Below are positions 36,836 to 46,983 of a stretch of 64,000 nucleotides of DNA, piece after piece. This DNA is from Deltaproteobacteria bacterium (GTDB lineage: Bacteria; SAR324; NAC60-12). Made by a program: the position numbers and the translations under genes. The stretch spans positions 2,870-66,869 of the forward strand of contig JAYOTF010000017.1 of the NCBI GenBank assembly GCA_038150265.1. The letters are read 5' to 3'. Under the pieces are notes generated by a model. The model saw nothing but the letters and a program-made list of their open reading frames with translations. It searched no databases and had not been told where the DNA came from. The number at the start of each line of letters is the position of its first letter. Positions within the stretch are counted from its first letter, which is position 1.

Positions 36836-38692
36836 GTGATCACCAGCAAGGTCCGGCTTCTCCCGGAGCTCCTGATCAACAAGATCGCCGCCGGAGAAGT
36901 CGTGGAACGCCCGGCTTCGGTGGTAAAGGAGTTGGTGGAAAACGCCATCGACTCCGGCGCCACGCAGATCCAGGTGACGCTCAAAAATGGTGGGAAGGAC
37001 CTCATTAGCGTCCTCGACAACGGCTGTGGCATGAACGAGACCGATGCCCGTTTTGCCGTGGAGCGGCATGCCACCAGCAAGATTTATGAGGAAGACGACC
37101 TCTTCCGCATCGACACCCTCGGCTTCCGGGGAGAGGCGCTGGCGTCCATTGCGTCGGTGTCGCACTTTGAGCTGCTGAGCTGCGAAGACGCCTCGGAAAG
37201 CGGAACCCGCCTCACCATCAAGGGCGGCATTCTGGAGCATCAGGGGCGAGCCGGATTTCCTCAGGGCACCAAGATCACCGTGGAGCGCCTCTTCTTCAAC
37301 ACACCAGCCCGCCTCAAGTTTCTCAAGAGCACCGCCACCGAGCTGCAGCACATCCAGCAGCTCCTCACACAACTGGCGCTGGCCAATCCCACTCTGCAGT
37401 TTCGCCTGACCCACGACCAGAAGCTCCTCCTCAACGTCGGGTCCGGACAGACGCTGGAATCGCGGATTCAGCAGCTCTTTGGCTACGAATTTGCGAGCGG
37501 CTTGCTTGAGGTGACTCACCAGGAAAATTACCTCCAGTACTCCGGACTCGTCTCGTTTCCGTCACAAACGCAGTCATCCAAGCGTTGGCAGTACCTCTTT
37601 GTGAATGGCCGTCACGTCAAGTGTCCCCCGGTCACGCATGCCATTTATGATGGCTACCGCGGCTTTCTGAGCAAAAGCCAGCACCCGGCGTTTTTCCTGA
37701 ACCTGCGGGTGGCTCCCAGTGAAATTGACGTCAACGTCCACCCGGCCAAGACCGAGATCCGCTTCCGGAACGCCCGCGTCATCCATGCCATTTTGGCCGA
37801 CCACCTCGCCCGTACCCTGAAGGAGGGCGCCGCCCAGCGGTTCTTTGGCTCCCGCATTGGAGAGCAGTCGCTTCCAGAGCCTTCCGGACAGTTTGAGATG
37901 CCTCTTCTCGACGCAGAGGCGCCAACAGCACCTTCCCAACGCCGCGCCTCCAAACGCTCATCAACGCCGCGCTCAGCACGTCCGGAGCCTCCTCGCAGGC
38001 CTCCGCCTCCGGAAGCCCCGGTGCAGTCGGGTGAGTTCCCCGCCGAGGAAAAACCGGTTTCCCACGCGCCCCCTCCTCCGGAAGTTCCAGAGCCCACACC
38101 GGTGGCGGCTCCGCACACTTCCGGGTGGCAGGTGCTGGGACGGCACCCACAGGGCTGGGTCCTCGTGGACCATCCGGAGGGGCTGCTGCTGCTGGATTTC
38201 CAACAGACCGAGCAGCGCCTCAAGGCCCGTGTCCTCGCACAGGAGGAACCTCCGGAGGTGCAGAATTTTGAGGTTCCCTTGCTGCTGGATCTTCCCCCGC
38301 AGGAAGGCCTGCTGCTGGAACAGCACCTCCCGACCTTCCAAAGGCTGGGCATTCAACTCGAGCCGTTTGGCAAAAACAGCTTCTCCATCCAAACCCTGCC
38401 TCAGATGCTCGCAGAGGCCCAGGCGGAACCGGTGCTGAAGGAGGTCCTCCAGCGCCTGAGCCTCTTTGGCAAACGCGCCCGTCCCAGTGAGATCCGGCAA
38501 GACGCCATTGAGGTCATTGCTCACTACGCGGCCCAGCAGGTGAGGCCTCCGGAATCGCCAGACGGCTGGCCCCCCTGGCTCGAACAGGTGCAGCAGCTTC
38601 CAGACCTGCTGGCTCCGGAAAAGGGGCAACGCGCCGGCTTCCTGCTGACCCACGACGAGCTGCAGAAACGCCTTGGACGTGGCGCCACCTGA
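36836..38692 (+). CDS. mutL: DNA mismatch repair protein MutL
   Basis: N-terminal GHKL ATPase motifs (NKIAAGEVVERPASVVKELVENAIDSGA, DNGCGM, LGFRGEAL), a Pro-rich linker, and a C-terminal dimerisation domain. Confidence 0.92.
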   Translation: MITSKVRLLPELLINKIAAGEVVERPASVVKELVENAIDSGATQIQVTLKNGGKDLISVLDNGCGMNETDARFAVERHATSKIYEEDDLFRIDTLGFRGEALASIASVSHFELLSCEDASESGTRLTIKGGILEHQGRAGFPQGTKITVERLFFNTPARLKFLKSTATELQHIQQLLTQLALANPTLQFRLTHDQKLLLNVGSGQTLESRIQQLFGYEFASGLLEVTHQENYLQYSGLVSFPSQTQSSKRWQYLFVNGRHVKCPPVTHAIYDGYRGFLSKSQHPAFFLNLRVAPSEIDVNVHPAKTEIRFRNARVIHAILADHLARTLKEGAAQRFFGSRIGEQSLPEPSGQFEMPLLDAEAPTAPSQRRASKRSSTPRSARPEPPRRPPPPEAPVQSGEFPAEEKPVSHAPPPPEVPEPTPVAAPHTSGWQVLGRHPQGWVLVDHPEGLLLLDFQQTEQRLKARVLAQEEPPEVQNFEVPLLLDLPPQEGLLLEQHLPTFQRLGIQLEPFGKNSFSIQTLPQMLAEAQAEPVLKEVLQRLSLFGKRARPSEIRQDAIEVIAHYAAQQVRPPESPDGWPPWLEQVQQLPDLLAPEKGQRAGFLLTHDELQKRLGRGAT

Positions 38693-38817
38693 CTCCGACC
38701 AGCAGCCGTTTTCCCGCATTTCCCTTGCCTTCCGAAGCACTTTGTTCTAAAAACCACAACAGACTCTCTTCACTCCGGGCTTCCGGAATTCTTGACCTTG
38801 TCTGATCTAGTGGCTTG

Positions 38818-40275
38818 ATGCGCAATTACCTCCTCTTCTATGTCAATGGCTCACGATATCAGGTTCATGGCGAGCAGGCCTTCCAGTCTCTGACGGATTT
38901 CCTCCGCTACGACCTGGGCCTCACCGGAACCAAAGTGGTGTGTGCAGAAGGAGACTGTGGTTCCTGCACCGTGCTCATTGGGGTTCCAGAAGGCGACCGC
39001 CTCATTTACCGTCCCATTGATGGCTGCATTCAGTACCTCTGGCAACTGGATGGCCGTCACGTGGTCACCGTCGAAGGCCTCCGGGAAGCAGAAGCCCTGC
39101 ATCCGGTTCAGCAGGCGATGGTTGACTCCTTTGGATCCCAGTGCGGGTACTGCACCCCCGGCTTTGTGATGGCCCTGACCGGGATGGTTGAGCAGCAACA
39201 GCCCCTGACCCGCCAGAGCGTCAAGGAGGGCCTCACGGGAAACCTCTGCCGCTGCACCGGCTACGAGCAGATCATCGATGCCGCCCTGCTCCTGAACGGA
39301 CAAACCATCCGCCCCATCGCCGAACGCTACCACAGCGAGGCCATGCGGCAGGACCTGCTCGCCTGTGCCGATGACCCCGCGACCCTGACCTATGCCGAGA
39401 GCCACACGCCGGAGCGACACGCCGTGGTCATCAGCCTTCCGGTCAGCCTCGAAGACGCCATCAGCTTCAAGGCCCGTACGCCCCGCGCCGTGGTCGTTTC
39501 CGGAGGAACCGACCTTTCCGTCCAGATGAACAAGGGCCGGCTTGCCCCCAAATTCATCCTCAGCCTCACCCACCTCAAGGAGTTGGAAGGCCTGGAAGTT
39601 CGTGGCGATCACCTCCGGATTGGAGCCAAAGCCACCTGGTCGGAAGTGGACACCTTTGCGGCAGAACACCTTCCGGAGTTTCACCGCATCATTCAGGTGT
39701 TCGCCTCTCCGCAGATCAGGAACGCCGGGACCCTTGCCGGAAACGTCGGAAACGGCTCGCCGATTGCGGACTCGATGCCCTTCCTCTACATCATGGAGAC
39801 CGAGGTTGAACTCACCGGACCCTCCGGAACCCGACGGGTCAACATCAACCAGTTTTACCGTGGCTACAAGCAGCTCGATCTGGCTCCGGATGAGTTGATC
39901 TCTGCGCTCTGGCTGCCCCTTCCCCATCCGGAAGAGCAGATGAAGCTTTACAAGGTCTCCAAGCGCAAGGACCTCGACATCTCCACCGTGACCGCTGGCT
40001 TCCGGCTGAGGCTTCAGGATCACCAGGTGGCTGACATCCGCATTGCGGTGGGGGGCGTGGGGCCCACCGTTCTGCGGCTTCCGAAAACAGAGGCCCACCT
40101 GCAGGGACGCCCCCTGACGCCAGAAGCCCTGGCTGAAGCCGGAAGGCTCGCCCGGGCCGAGATCACCCCCATCTCGGATGTCCGGGCCTCACAGGATTAC
40201 CGCCTGCAGGTCACCGAAAACCTCTTCCGCAAGCTCTACCACGATTTGGAGGCGGAACCGGCTCCTGTCGCCTAA
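38818..40275 (+). CDS. xdhA: Xanthine dehydrogenase small subunit (2Fe-2S plus FAD-binding domains)
   Basis: CAEGDCGSCTV and CGYCTPGF...CRCTGY 2Fe-2S motifs, then a FAD-binding (CO dehydrogenase flavoprotein-like) region. Confidence 0.9.
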   Translation: MRNYLLFYVNGSRYQVHGEQAFQSLTDFLRYDLGLTGTKVVCAEGDCGSCTVLIGVPEGDRLIYRPIDGCIQYLWQLDGRHVVTVEGLREAEALHPVQQAMVDSFGSQCGYCTPGFVMALTGMVEQQQPLTRQSVKEGLTGNLCRCTGYEQIIDAALLLNGQTIRPIAERYHSEAMRQDLLACADDPATLTYAESHTPERHAVVISLPVSLEDAISFKARTPRAVVVSGGTDLSVQMNKGRLAPKFILSLTHLKELEGLEVRGDHLRIGAKATWSEVDTFAAEHLPEFHRIIQVFASPQIRNAGTLAGNVGNGSPIADSMPFLYIMETEVELTGPSGTRRVNINQFYRGYKQLDLAPDELISALWLPLPHPEEQMKLYKVSKRKDLDISTVTAGFRLRLQDHQVADIRIAVGGVGPTVLRLPKTEAHLQGRPLTPEALAEAGRLARAEITPISDVRASQDYRLQVTENLFRKLYHDLEAEPAPVA

Positions 40276-40330
40276 GTGCGATCGGCTCCCGAGTTGCCGT
40301 CGGCCCCTTCCTTTTTCAGCAAAGAGACGC

Positions 40331-42685
40331 ATGACTTCCGTTGGCCAAACCGTTCCTCATGACTCTGCCGTTGGGCATGTCACCGGAGAAGCCCACTACC
40401 TCGACGACCTCCCCCCGCTCCGAGGTGAGCTGGTGGTGGACTACCTGGCCAGCCCCGTCGCCCGAGGGGTGCTGCGAGGCGCCAATTATGACGAGCTGCG
40501 CGCCCTTCCGGGCGTGGTGGCGCTTTACACCGCAGCCGACCTGCCCGGTCATAACCTCTTCGGACCCGTCATCGCCGATGAGCGCTTCCTCGCCGAGGGC
40601 ACCGTGGAGTACATTGGGCAGCCCATCGCCGTGATCGCCGCCCAGAACTTCCGGGCCCTCCGGGAGGCCAAGCAGCGCGTCCGCTGGGACATTGAGGAGC
40701 AGGAGCCCGTCCTGACCATTGACCAGGCGATTGCCGCGCAGCAGTTCATTGGCCCCACCCGGACCATTGCGAAAGGAGACGTGGAGGCCGAGTGGCAGCA
40801 GGCGGAACACCGGCTCGAAGGGACCTTCTTCTGCAACGGGCAGGAACAGTTTTACCTCGAGTCCCAGGCCGCGCTGGCGGTTCCTGCCGAAGAGGGGCAG
40901 ATTCACCTCCACTCGTCCACCCAGAACCCGACGGAGATCCAGCAGGTGGTTGCAGAAGCTCTGGGCATCGGCTTCCATGAGGTCGTCTGCATCTGCAAGC
41001 GCATGGGCGGAGGCTTTGGGGGCAAGGAAACGCAAGCCGCCATTCCGGCGGTGATGGCCGCCCTTGTGGCCCACCACACCCAAAAGGCCGCCCGCGTCGC
41101 CTGGACCAAGGATGATGACATGAAGACCACCGGGAAGCGGCACCCGTATCAGATCCGCTACCGTGCCACCTTCACCGCTGAGGGACGGGTCACCGGGCTC
41201 GACTTCGACATCTACTCCAACGCTGGCGCCACAGCCGACCTGTCGACTTCGATTATGGAGCGCACCCTGCTCCACTCCGATAACGCCTATGCCATCCCCA
41301 ACGTCCGCTTCCGGGGAACCGTCTGCCGAACCAACCTGCCTCCGAACACCGCCTTCCGGGGCTTTGGCGGACCGCAGGGCATGGCCAACGTTGAAAACGT
41401 CCTCCAGGAAGTCGCCCTCACGCTTGGACGGGATCCGTATGACATCCGGCGCCTGAACCTCTACGACCGTGAGCAGCAGAACCAGGCTCCGTATGGGCAG
41501 CGCCTCACCACTCATGTCCTTCCCGAGATCATGGATCAGCTGGTGGAGGAGTCGCAGTACCGGAAACGGCTCACAGAAATCGAGGCCTTCAACCAGTCCT
41601 CGGCGACCACCCTCCGGGGGCTGGCGCTGACGCCTGTGAAGTTTGGGATTTCCTTCACCACCAAGTTCCTCAACCAGGGCAACGCCCTCGTCAACCTCTA
41701 CAAGGATGGCACCGTTCAGGTGTCCACCGGCGGCACCGAAATGGGCCAGGGCCTGAACACCAAAATCCGGCAGCTGGTCTCCGATGCCCTCGGCGTGGGG
41801 TATTCCCGCATCCGGGTGATGACCACGTCCACCGAGAAGAACAACAACGCCTCTCCCACTGCCGCCTCTGCCGGCACCGACCTCAACGGCATGGCGGCAG
41901 TGGACGCCTGCGAGAAGATCCGGACCCGACTGGCAGCGTTTGCCGCCCAGCAACTGGCTGACCCGGAAGCCGGCATTGCCCCCGAACCGGAGCTGATCAC
42001 CTTTGCCGATGATGAGGTCTGGGACACCCGGAACCCCGGACGCCGGATGTCGTTCCCGGAATTGGTGAAGCAGGCCTACATGGAGCGCATCAGCCTCGGT
42101 GAGCGGGGCTTCTACCGCACTCCGGGGGTGGACTTCAACCGAGACACCGGACAGGGCACCCCGTTCTTTTACTACACCACGGGCGCTGCGGTCTCTGAGG
42201 TGTCCATCGACCGCTTCACCGGCAACCTGACGCTGGTCCGCTCCGACCTGCTCATGGACATTGGCGAGTCGATCAATCCCGGAATTGACCGCGGCCAGGT
42301 CATTGGAGGCTTCATCCAGGGCGTGGGCTGGGTCACCAACGAAGAGCTGCGCTACTCCGCATCCGGAGCCCTGCTTTCGTACTCGCCCACGACCTACAAG
42401 ATTCCAAACATCCAGGACCTTCCGGATGCCCTCAACGTCCGCTTCATCCAGAACCCGCATCATCACCTCAACGTCCGGCGCTCCAAAGCGGTGGGCGAGC
42501 CCCCGCTGATGCTCTGCCTCTCCGTCTGGATGGCAGTCAAGCACGCGCTCTCCTGCGTTCGTCCGGGAAGGATCCCCCGGCTTCATCTTCCGGCCACCGG
42601 CGAGGAAATCCTCCGGCGCCTGACCGAGCTGGAAGGAGGCGCCGCATTTCAGACCCCCGAGTGCGAGATCCCGCTCATCGCGTAA
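40331..42685 (+). CDS. xdhB: Xanthine dehydrogenase molybdopterin-binding subunit
   Basis: [35 protein letters not shown] and TEMGQG motifs of the xanthine oxidase/aldehyde oxidase Mo-co subunit. Internal ATG 40331. Confidence 0.9.
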   Translation: MTSVGQTVPHDSAVGHVTGEAHYLDDLPPLRGELVVDYLASPVARGVLRGANYDELRALPGVVALYTAADLPGHNLFGPVIADERFLAEGTVEYIGQPIAVIAAQNFRALREAKQRVRWDIEEQEPVLTIDQAIAAQQFIGPTRTIAKGDVEAEWQQAEHRLEGTFFCNGQEQFYLESQAALAVPAEEGQIHLHSSTQNPTEIQQVVAEALGIGFHEVVCICKRMGGGFGGKETQAAIPAVMAALVAHHTQKAARVAWTKDDDMKTTGKRHPYQIRYRATFTAEGRVTGLDFDIYSNAGATADLSTSIMERTLLHSDNAYAIPNVRFRGTVCRTNLPPNTAFRGFGGPQGMANVENVLQEVALTLGRDPYDIRRLNLYDREQQNQAPYGQRLTTHVLPEIMDQLVEESQYRKRLTEIEAFNQSSATTLRGLALTPVKFGISFTTKFLNQGNALVNLYKDGTVQVSTGGTEMGQGLNTKIRQLVSDALGVGYSRIRVMTTSTEKNNNASPTAASAGTDLNGMAAVDACEKIRTRLAAFAAQQLADPEAGIAPEPELITFADDEVWDTRNPGRRMSFPELVKQAYMERISLGERGFYRTPGVDFNRDTGQGTPFFYYTTGAAVSEVSIDRFTGNLTLVRSDLLMDIGESINPGIDRGQVIGGFIQGVGWVTNEELRYSASGALLSYSPTTYKIPNIQDLPDALNVRFIQNPHHHLNVRRSKAVGEPPLMLCLSVWMAVKHALSCVRPGRIPRLHLPATGEEILRRLTELEGGAAFQTPECEIPLIA

Positions 42686-42732
42686 CCGGCAACGGACGAA
42701 GGCTCCGTTGCTTCACTTCTTATGAGGACATC

Positions 42733-43908
42733 ATGATCTGGGACACCCACCTGAACGAGGAAGTGGACCTCCTGCGCGAAAGCGTCCGGGAGTTTGCTGA
42801 CCGTGAAATTGCGCCACTTGCAGAAGAAGTGGACCGCGCCAATGAGTTTCCCAGCGCCCTCTGGAAAAAGATGGGGAGCCTCGGCCTGCTCGGCCTGACG
42901 ATTCCCGAGGAATACGGGGGCTCCGGAATGAGCTACCTGGCCCACCTCGTTGCCATGGAAGAAATCTCCCGGGCCTCGGCGTCCGTTGGGCTTTCGTATG
43001 GCGCGCACTCGAACCTCTGTGTCAATCAGATCTTCCTCAATGGTACTGAGGAACAGCGCCAGAAGTACCTGCCCCGGCTCTGTTCCGGAGAGTTCGTCGG
43101 CGCGCTGGCCATGTCTGAGCCTGGGGCCGGCTCTGACGTCGTGGGCTCCATGAGCTGCCGGGCGGAGCGTCGTGGAGACCACTGGGTCGCCAACGGCAAC
43201 AAGATGTGGATCACCAACGGCCCGGATGCGGATGTGCTGGTGGTGTACATGCGAACCGCCCCCAGGGACGCAGGCTCCCGGGCCATGACCACCTTCCTCA
43301 TCGAAAAGGGGCAACCCGGCTTCTCCACTGCCCAGAAGCTCGACAAACTCGGGATGCGGGGCTCCAACACCTGTGAGCTGGTGTTTGAAGACTGCCCCAT
43401 TGCTGACACGCAGGTGATGGGCGCCGTCAACCAGGGCGTCCGGGTGCTCATGTCCGGACTCAACTATGAGCGGCTGGTGCTCTCCGGAGGTCCCATCGGC
43501 ATCATGCAGGCGGCACTGGACCTGGTCCTCCCGTACGTCCACGACCGCTGGCAGTTTGATCGCCCCATTGGCACCTTCGAGCTGATGCAGGGCAAGCTTG
43601 CTGACATGTACGTCGCTCTGCAGAGCAGCCGAGCCTTTGCCTACCGGGTGGCTCAAAATGCCGACCAGGGCACCGCGTCTCGGCGAGACACCGCCGCCTG
43701 CCTGCTCTACTCCTCGGAAAGCGCCGTCAAGGTCGCCCTGGAAGCCATCCAGACGCTGGGCGGCAACGGCTACATCAACGATTACCCAGCCGGACGCCTG
43801 CTCCGTGATGCCAAGCTCTATGACATCGGCGCCGGCACCAACGAAATCCGCCGCATGCTCATTGGGCGCGAGCTGTTTGAGGAATCCGGAAGCTCCTCCT
43901 CTTCCTGA
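42733..43908 (+). CDS. ivd: Isovaleryl-CoA dehydrogenase-like acyl-CoA dehydrogenase
   Basis: [51 protein letters not shown] and [13 protein letters not shown] closely resemble IVD-type ACADs. Confidence 0.8.
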   Translation: MIWDTHLNEEVDLLRESVREFADREIAPLAEEVDRANEFPSALWKKMGSLGLLGLTIPEEYGGSGMSYLAHLVAMEEISRASASVGLSYGAHSNLCVNQIFLNGTEEQRQKYLPRLCSGEFVGALAMSEPGAGSDVVGSMSCRAERRGDHWVANGNKMWITNGPDADVLVVYMRTAPRDAGSRAMTTFLIEKGQPGFSTAQKLDKLGMRGSNTCELVFEDCPIADTQVMGAVNQGVRVLMSGLNYERLVLSGGPIGIMQAALDLVLPYVHDRWQFDRPIGTFELMQGKLADMYVALQSSRAFAYRVAQNADQGTASRRDTAACLLYSSESAVKVALEAIQTLGGNGYINDYPAGRLLRDAKLYDIGAGTNEIRRMLIGRELFEESGSSSSS

Positions 43909-44077
43909 AACCACCGGGTGGGGGAAGCGGCTCCGGGCAGGGCAATCGCTTGAAACAAATAATTGGCAGAATGGGCTGAACGGTTGGTGTGGCCTGCCGC
44001 TTGGTGGTCCTCCCAGCGCAGGCTGGGATCCAGCCCTTGACAGAGACCGAACCGAGTGCCTTCGCTTCCTTGACTGG

Positions 44078-44097
44078 ATTCTCGCCTTCGCGAGAAT
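44078..44097. repeat. REP-like palindromic hairpin (attctcgc-cttc-gcgagaat) in a 367-bp intergenic region
   Basis: 8-bp perfect inverted repeat read directly. The context tggattctcgccttcgcgagaatgacgg resembles a palindrome type (…ggattcccgc…gcgggaatgac…) that I recall from many bacterial genomes. Confidence 0.3.
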
Positions 44098-44287
44098 GAC
44101 GGACCTCTCGATCCATTCATGACTCCAGCGACGGAACCTCTCCAGCGAGTCACGACTCTTTTTTCAAGATCAGCCGGTTTCTTCCCTTCATGCGGTTGCC
44201 CTGCGGCGCAGGGTTTGGCTTGTTGCCCTCAGCCCATTGGCTTAGACTGAGGAGTTTCCTGTCCCTCACCCTTTTGTGGAACCCTGT

Positions 44288-44662
44288 ATGAAGCGCCTCA
44301 CCCTCTCAAACGTCCTCCCGGAACTGAATGACACCGTCGCCGGCTACCACCGGAGTGTGCTCAGCGAAATTGAACAAGCCCTGAGTCAAAGCTCGGTGGT
44401 GGTGGTGGGCATGACGGTCAACCCCTTTGTCAAGAAGGCCCGCAAGGCGCTGGATGACGCTGGCATCTCCTACACCTACCTGGAATACGGCGGTTACTTT
44501 TCGCAGTGGAAGCCCCGGCTGGCCATCAAGATGTGGAGCGGCTGGCCCACCTTCCCGCAGGTCTTTGTGAACGGCGCCCTCGTCGGAGGAGCGCAGGACC
44601 TGGAGCGCCTGATGGCCGACGGACGCCTGAACGAACTGCTGAACCCGCCGGCTGCTGCCTGA
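44288..44662 (+). CDS. Glutaredoxin-like protein lacking the active-site cysteine
   Basis: The C-terminal half aligns to monothiol Grx (WPTFPQVFVNGALVGGAQDL). The CGFS/CPYC position is occupied by GMTVNPFVKKA, which has no Cys. Confidence 0.65.
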   Translation: MKRLTLSNVLPELNDTVAGYHRSVLSEIEQALSQSSVVVVGMTVNPFVKKARKALDDAGISYTYLEYGGYFSQWKPRLAIKMWSGWPTFPQVFVNGALVGGAQDLERLMADGRLNELLNPPAAA

Positions 44663-44663
44663 C

Positions 44664-45554
44664 ATGCCGCAGGGGTCCCGCCTGGTCATTACCGACTCCG
44701 GACTGGGAGGCCTTCATGTCGCCGGGCTGCTGCTGCAGCACCTGGCGCACGCCCCCCTTCCGCTGGAGGTCGTGTACGTCAACGCCGTGCCTTCCGATGA
44801 CCGGGGCTACAACGCCATGCCGCACCGGGAAGAGCGCCTGGCCGTCTTCAACACCGTCCTGCACCGCATTCAGGAGCAGCTGGCTCCGGACCACATCTTT
44901 GTTGCCTGCCACTCCCTCTCGGTCCTCTTGCCCGAGGTGGATTTTGTCCAACAGCACCCGGACCAGGTCACCGGAATGGTCCCGCTCAGCCAGGCGCTGC
45001 TGAAGCAGGCACCGGCGGGGCTCAAGCTGCTCTTCACCACGCCCTCCACCCATGAAGAGGGCACCTACACCCACTTCCTCCAGCAGCACCTTCCAGCGTC
45101 TGGGCCCGTGTGGGGGCAGCCCTGTCCCGAGTTGGCCTCAGCCATTTCAGCCGATGCCTCCGGGAAGGTCGCGGCGCCTCTCATCCGTGAGTACACCCAC
45201 GCCGCGTGGGAGGCCACCGGACGTCCCTCTGCCGCCCAGGTCTTTCTCGGCTGCACCCACTACGCCTTTCAGGCCAGCCAATTTCTGTCCGAACTCCGGA
45301 GCCTCGGCCTTGAGGAACTGACCCTGCTGAGCCCGAATCAGTCTGCCGCAGAAGCCCTGCTGGACGCTTTTCAAACACGCGCTGAAAAGCCACTGGCAGG
45401 TCGGGCTCCAGGTGCGTTATGCTACTCGCCTTATGAGCTTCCGGCGCCTGAACAGCGCACCCTGGCCACCTACCTGACGTCCCTGAGCCCGCTGCTGCGC
45501 GATGCCCTGGGAAGGCTTCAGGTGGCTCCGGATCTGGTCAAACCGCTTTCCTGA
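44664..45554 (+). CDS. Divergent glutamate racemase-like (Asp/Glu racemase superfamily) protein
   Basis: VITDSGLGGL (compare MurI FDSGVGGL). The two catalytic-Cys contexts are retained as VACHSLS and LGCTHYAF. Otherwise diverged. Confidence 0.6.
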   Translation: MPQGSRLVITDSGLGGLHVAGLLLQHLAHAPLPLEVVYVNAVPSDDRGYNAMPHREERLAVFNTVLHRIQEQLAPDHIFVACHSLSVLLPEVDFVQQHPDQVTGMVPLSQALLKQAPAGLKLLFTTPSTHEEGTYTHFLQQHLPASGPVWGQPCPELASAISADASGKVAAPLIREYTHAAWEATGRPSAAQVFLGCTHYAFQASQFLSELRSLGLEELTLLSPNQSAAEALLDAFQTRAEKPLAGRAPGALCYSPYELPAPEQRTLATYLTSLSPLLRDALGRLQVAPDLVKPLS

Positions 45555-45567
45555 AAAACCAGCTGCC

Positions 45568-46983
45568 ATGTTTTTTCACCACCGTGACCTTGCAACCGAC
45601 CCCACCTCGGCAGAAGCCGTCTGGCGAACCCTCCCCCACCGTCCGGAATCCGGATGCCTCCTCCTGACGCGGCTCCGTCCCGAGCCCTGGACCGGTGAGG
45701 CGGAGCCGGTTGAGATTCAGGAGCTGCTGCACTGGAAGGGAACCCAGCTGCAGGGCTGCACCTGGAAGGGGGCTGAGGTGCCAGAGACCGTTCAGCAGTG
45801 GATCAGCGAAGACACCGACGCCCCCTTTTCGCTCCAGGCGATTGCGGCTCGTAAACGCGCCGAGGTCCTCCACCTGCAGCGTCCGCTCCGGCTGAAGCGC
45901 CTCGACATTCCCAAGCCGTGGGGATTTGAAGGCTGGTACACCGGTGTCGAAAAGCGTGGCGTCGTGCAGGTCGGCTCCGAGGCCACCCACACGGAACTGC
46001 CGCATGCCCTCAGCCTCTTCCGAGAGAGCTGGCTGGCGGGGGCACCGGAGCAGCTCATTTTGCTCAAGACCCTCAACCCGGTTCCAGAAGAAGTCCTCGG
46101 CGACCTGTACCTGGAGATGCATGAGGAAAAGTGGGAGGTCTACGTGGTCACTGAAGTGGACCCCCAGGCCTGGCCGGAAGGCGTTGGCATCATCAAGGCA
46201 GGCTTTCATCCCGACCGACTGGCCGCGTATCAGGCTCAGCATGGCGACGCTGGGCTGGCTCACCTCAAGCATGACTTCCGGGCCGCAGTGCAGGCCTACG
46301 AGACGGTGCGACGCCGCATTGACGCCTTTCTGGATGAAGAAAAGATCCGGCGCGGCTGGTCTCCGAAGGAAGCCCTTGAGACCGCGAGGGTCGCCGCGTT
46401 GCTGGAAACGGTTCCGGAGCCGCTGGCTCAGGAAGAGCAGACCCTCCGCCAGCAGGTGGAGGCCTTTGTGGGCGATCACCCGGTTCGGGTGGGAGACGTC
46501 GTCACCTTCCCGGCGTTCAACATGCACTCCCTCCGGCATGGCATCCGGGTGGTGGAGTTCCAGACCCCGCACTACGAGCGGTGCATCGTCATGTTTGCCC
46601 AAAAGGTCCTCACGCAGGACCACTGGGACACCGAGGCCGCGCTCGAGAAGCTCGATCCCGCTCCTTATGATCCGCCAGCACCGGTGCTTCAGGCTCAAAA
46701 CGCCGGGGCTCGAGTGGAGCAATTTGTGGACTTTCCGGACTTCACGGCCCATCGGGTCACGCTTGAACCCGGGGCTTCCTGGCAGGAAGAGCTGGGCCTG
46801 CAGTACCACCTCGTGATTCCGGTGGGAGGGGAAGTGATCGTGAGAGGGGAGGGATTTGAGGAAAAGGCTGACGCCCTGGACGCCTACTTTCTGCCCGCGT
46901 GTCTGGGACGCTACGAGGTCCGGAACGAAGGATCCGCTGCAGTGACGGTCCTGCGCTCCGCGCCACGTGGGGCTCAGCCCTGA
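45568..46983 (+). CDS. Cupin protein resembling class I phosphomannose isomerase, with a ~115-aa N-terminal extension
   Basis: IPKPWGFEGWY (compare PMI ..IWGG..), LLKTL...LEMHEEKWEVYVV, and VRVGDVVTFPAFNMHSLRHGIRVVEFQTP.YER (compare PMI PGD..YVP.G.LHA...G..V.E.Q..SD.TYR). Confidence 0.5.
   Translation: MFFHHRDLATDPTSAEAVWRTLPHRPESGCLLLTRLRPEPWTGEAEPVEIQELLHWKGTQLQGCTWKGAEVPETVQQWISEDTDAPFSLQAIAARKRAEVLHLQRPLRLKRLDIPKPWGFEGWYTGVEKRGVVQVGSEATHTELPHALSLFRESWLAGAPEQLILLKTLNPVPEEVLGDLYLEMHEEKWEVYVVTEVDPQAWPEGVGIIKAGFHPDRLAAYQAQHGDAGLAHLKHDFRAAVQAYETVRRRIDAFLDEEKIRRGWSPKEALETARVAALLETVPEPLAQEEQTLRQQVEAFVGDHPVRVGDVVTFPAFNMHSLRHGIRVVEFQTPHYERCIVMFAQKVLTQDHWDTEAALEKLDPAPYDPPAPVLQAQNAGARVEQFVDFPDFTAHRVTLEPGASWQEELGLQYHLVIPVGGEVIVRGEGFEEKADALDAYFLPACLGRYEVRNEGSAAVTVLRSAPRGAQP

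Noticed and set aside
37900-38110. Pro/Ala/Glu-rich repetitive-looking stretch, considered as a tandem repeat or inserted element.
   Set aside because: It is the low-complexity interdomain linker typical of MutL proteins. It is in frame and has no exact nucleotide repeat unit.
44147-44165. The sequence gagtc-ac-gactc followed by TTTTTT, considered as a rho-independent terminator downstream of the acyl-CoA dehydrogenase gene.
   Set aside because: A 5-bp stem with a 2-nt loop is sterically implausible, and the alternative pairings are weak. It is kept only as part of the description of the structured intergenic region.
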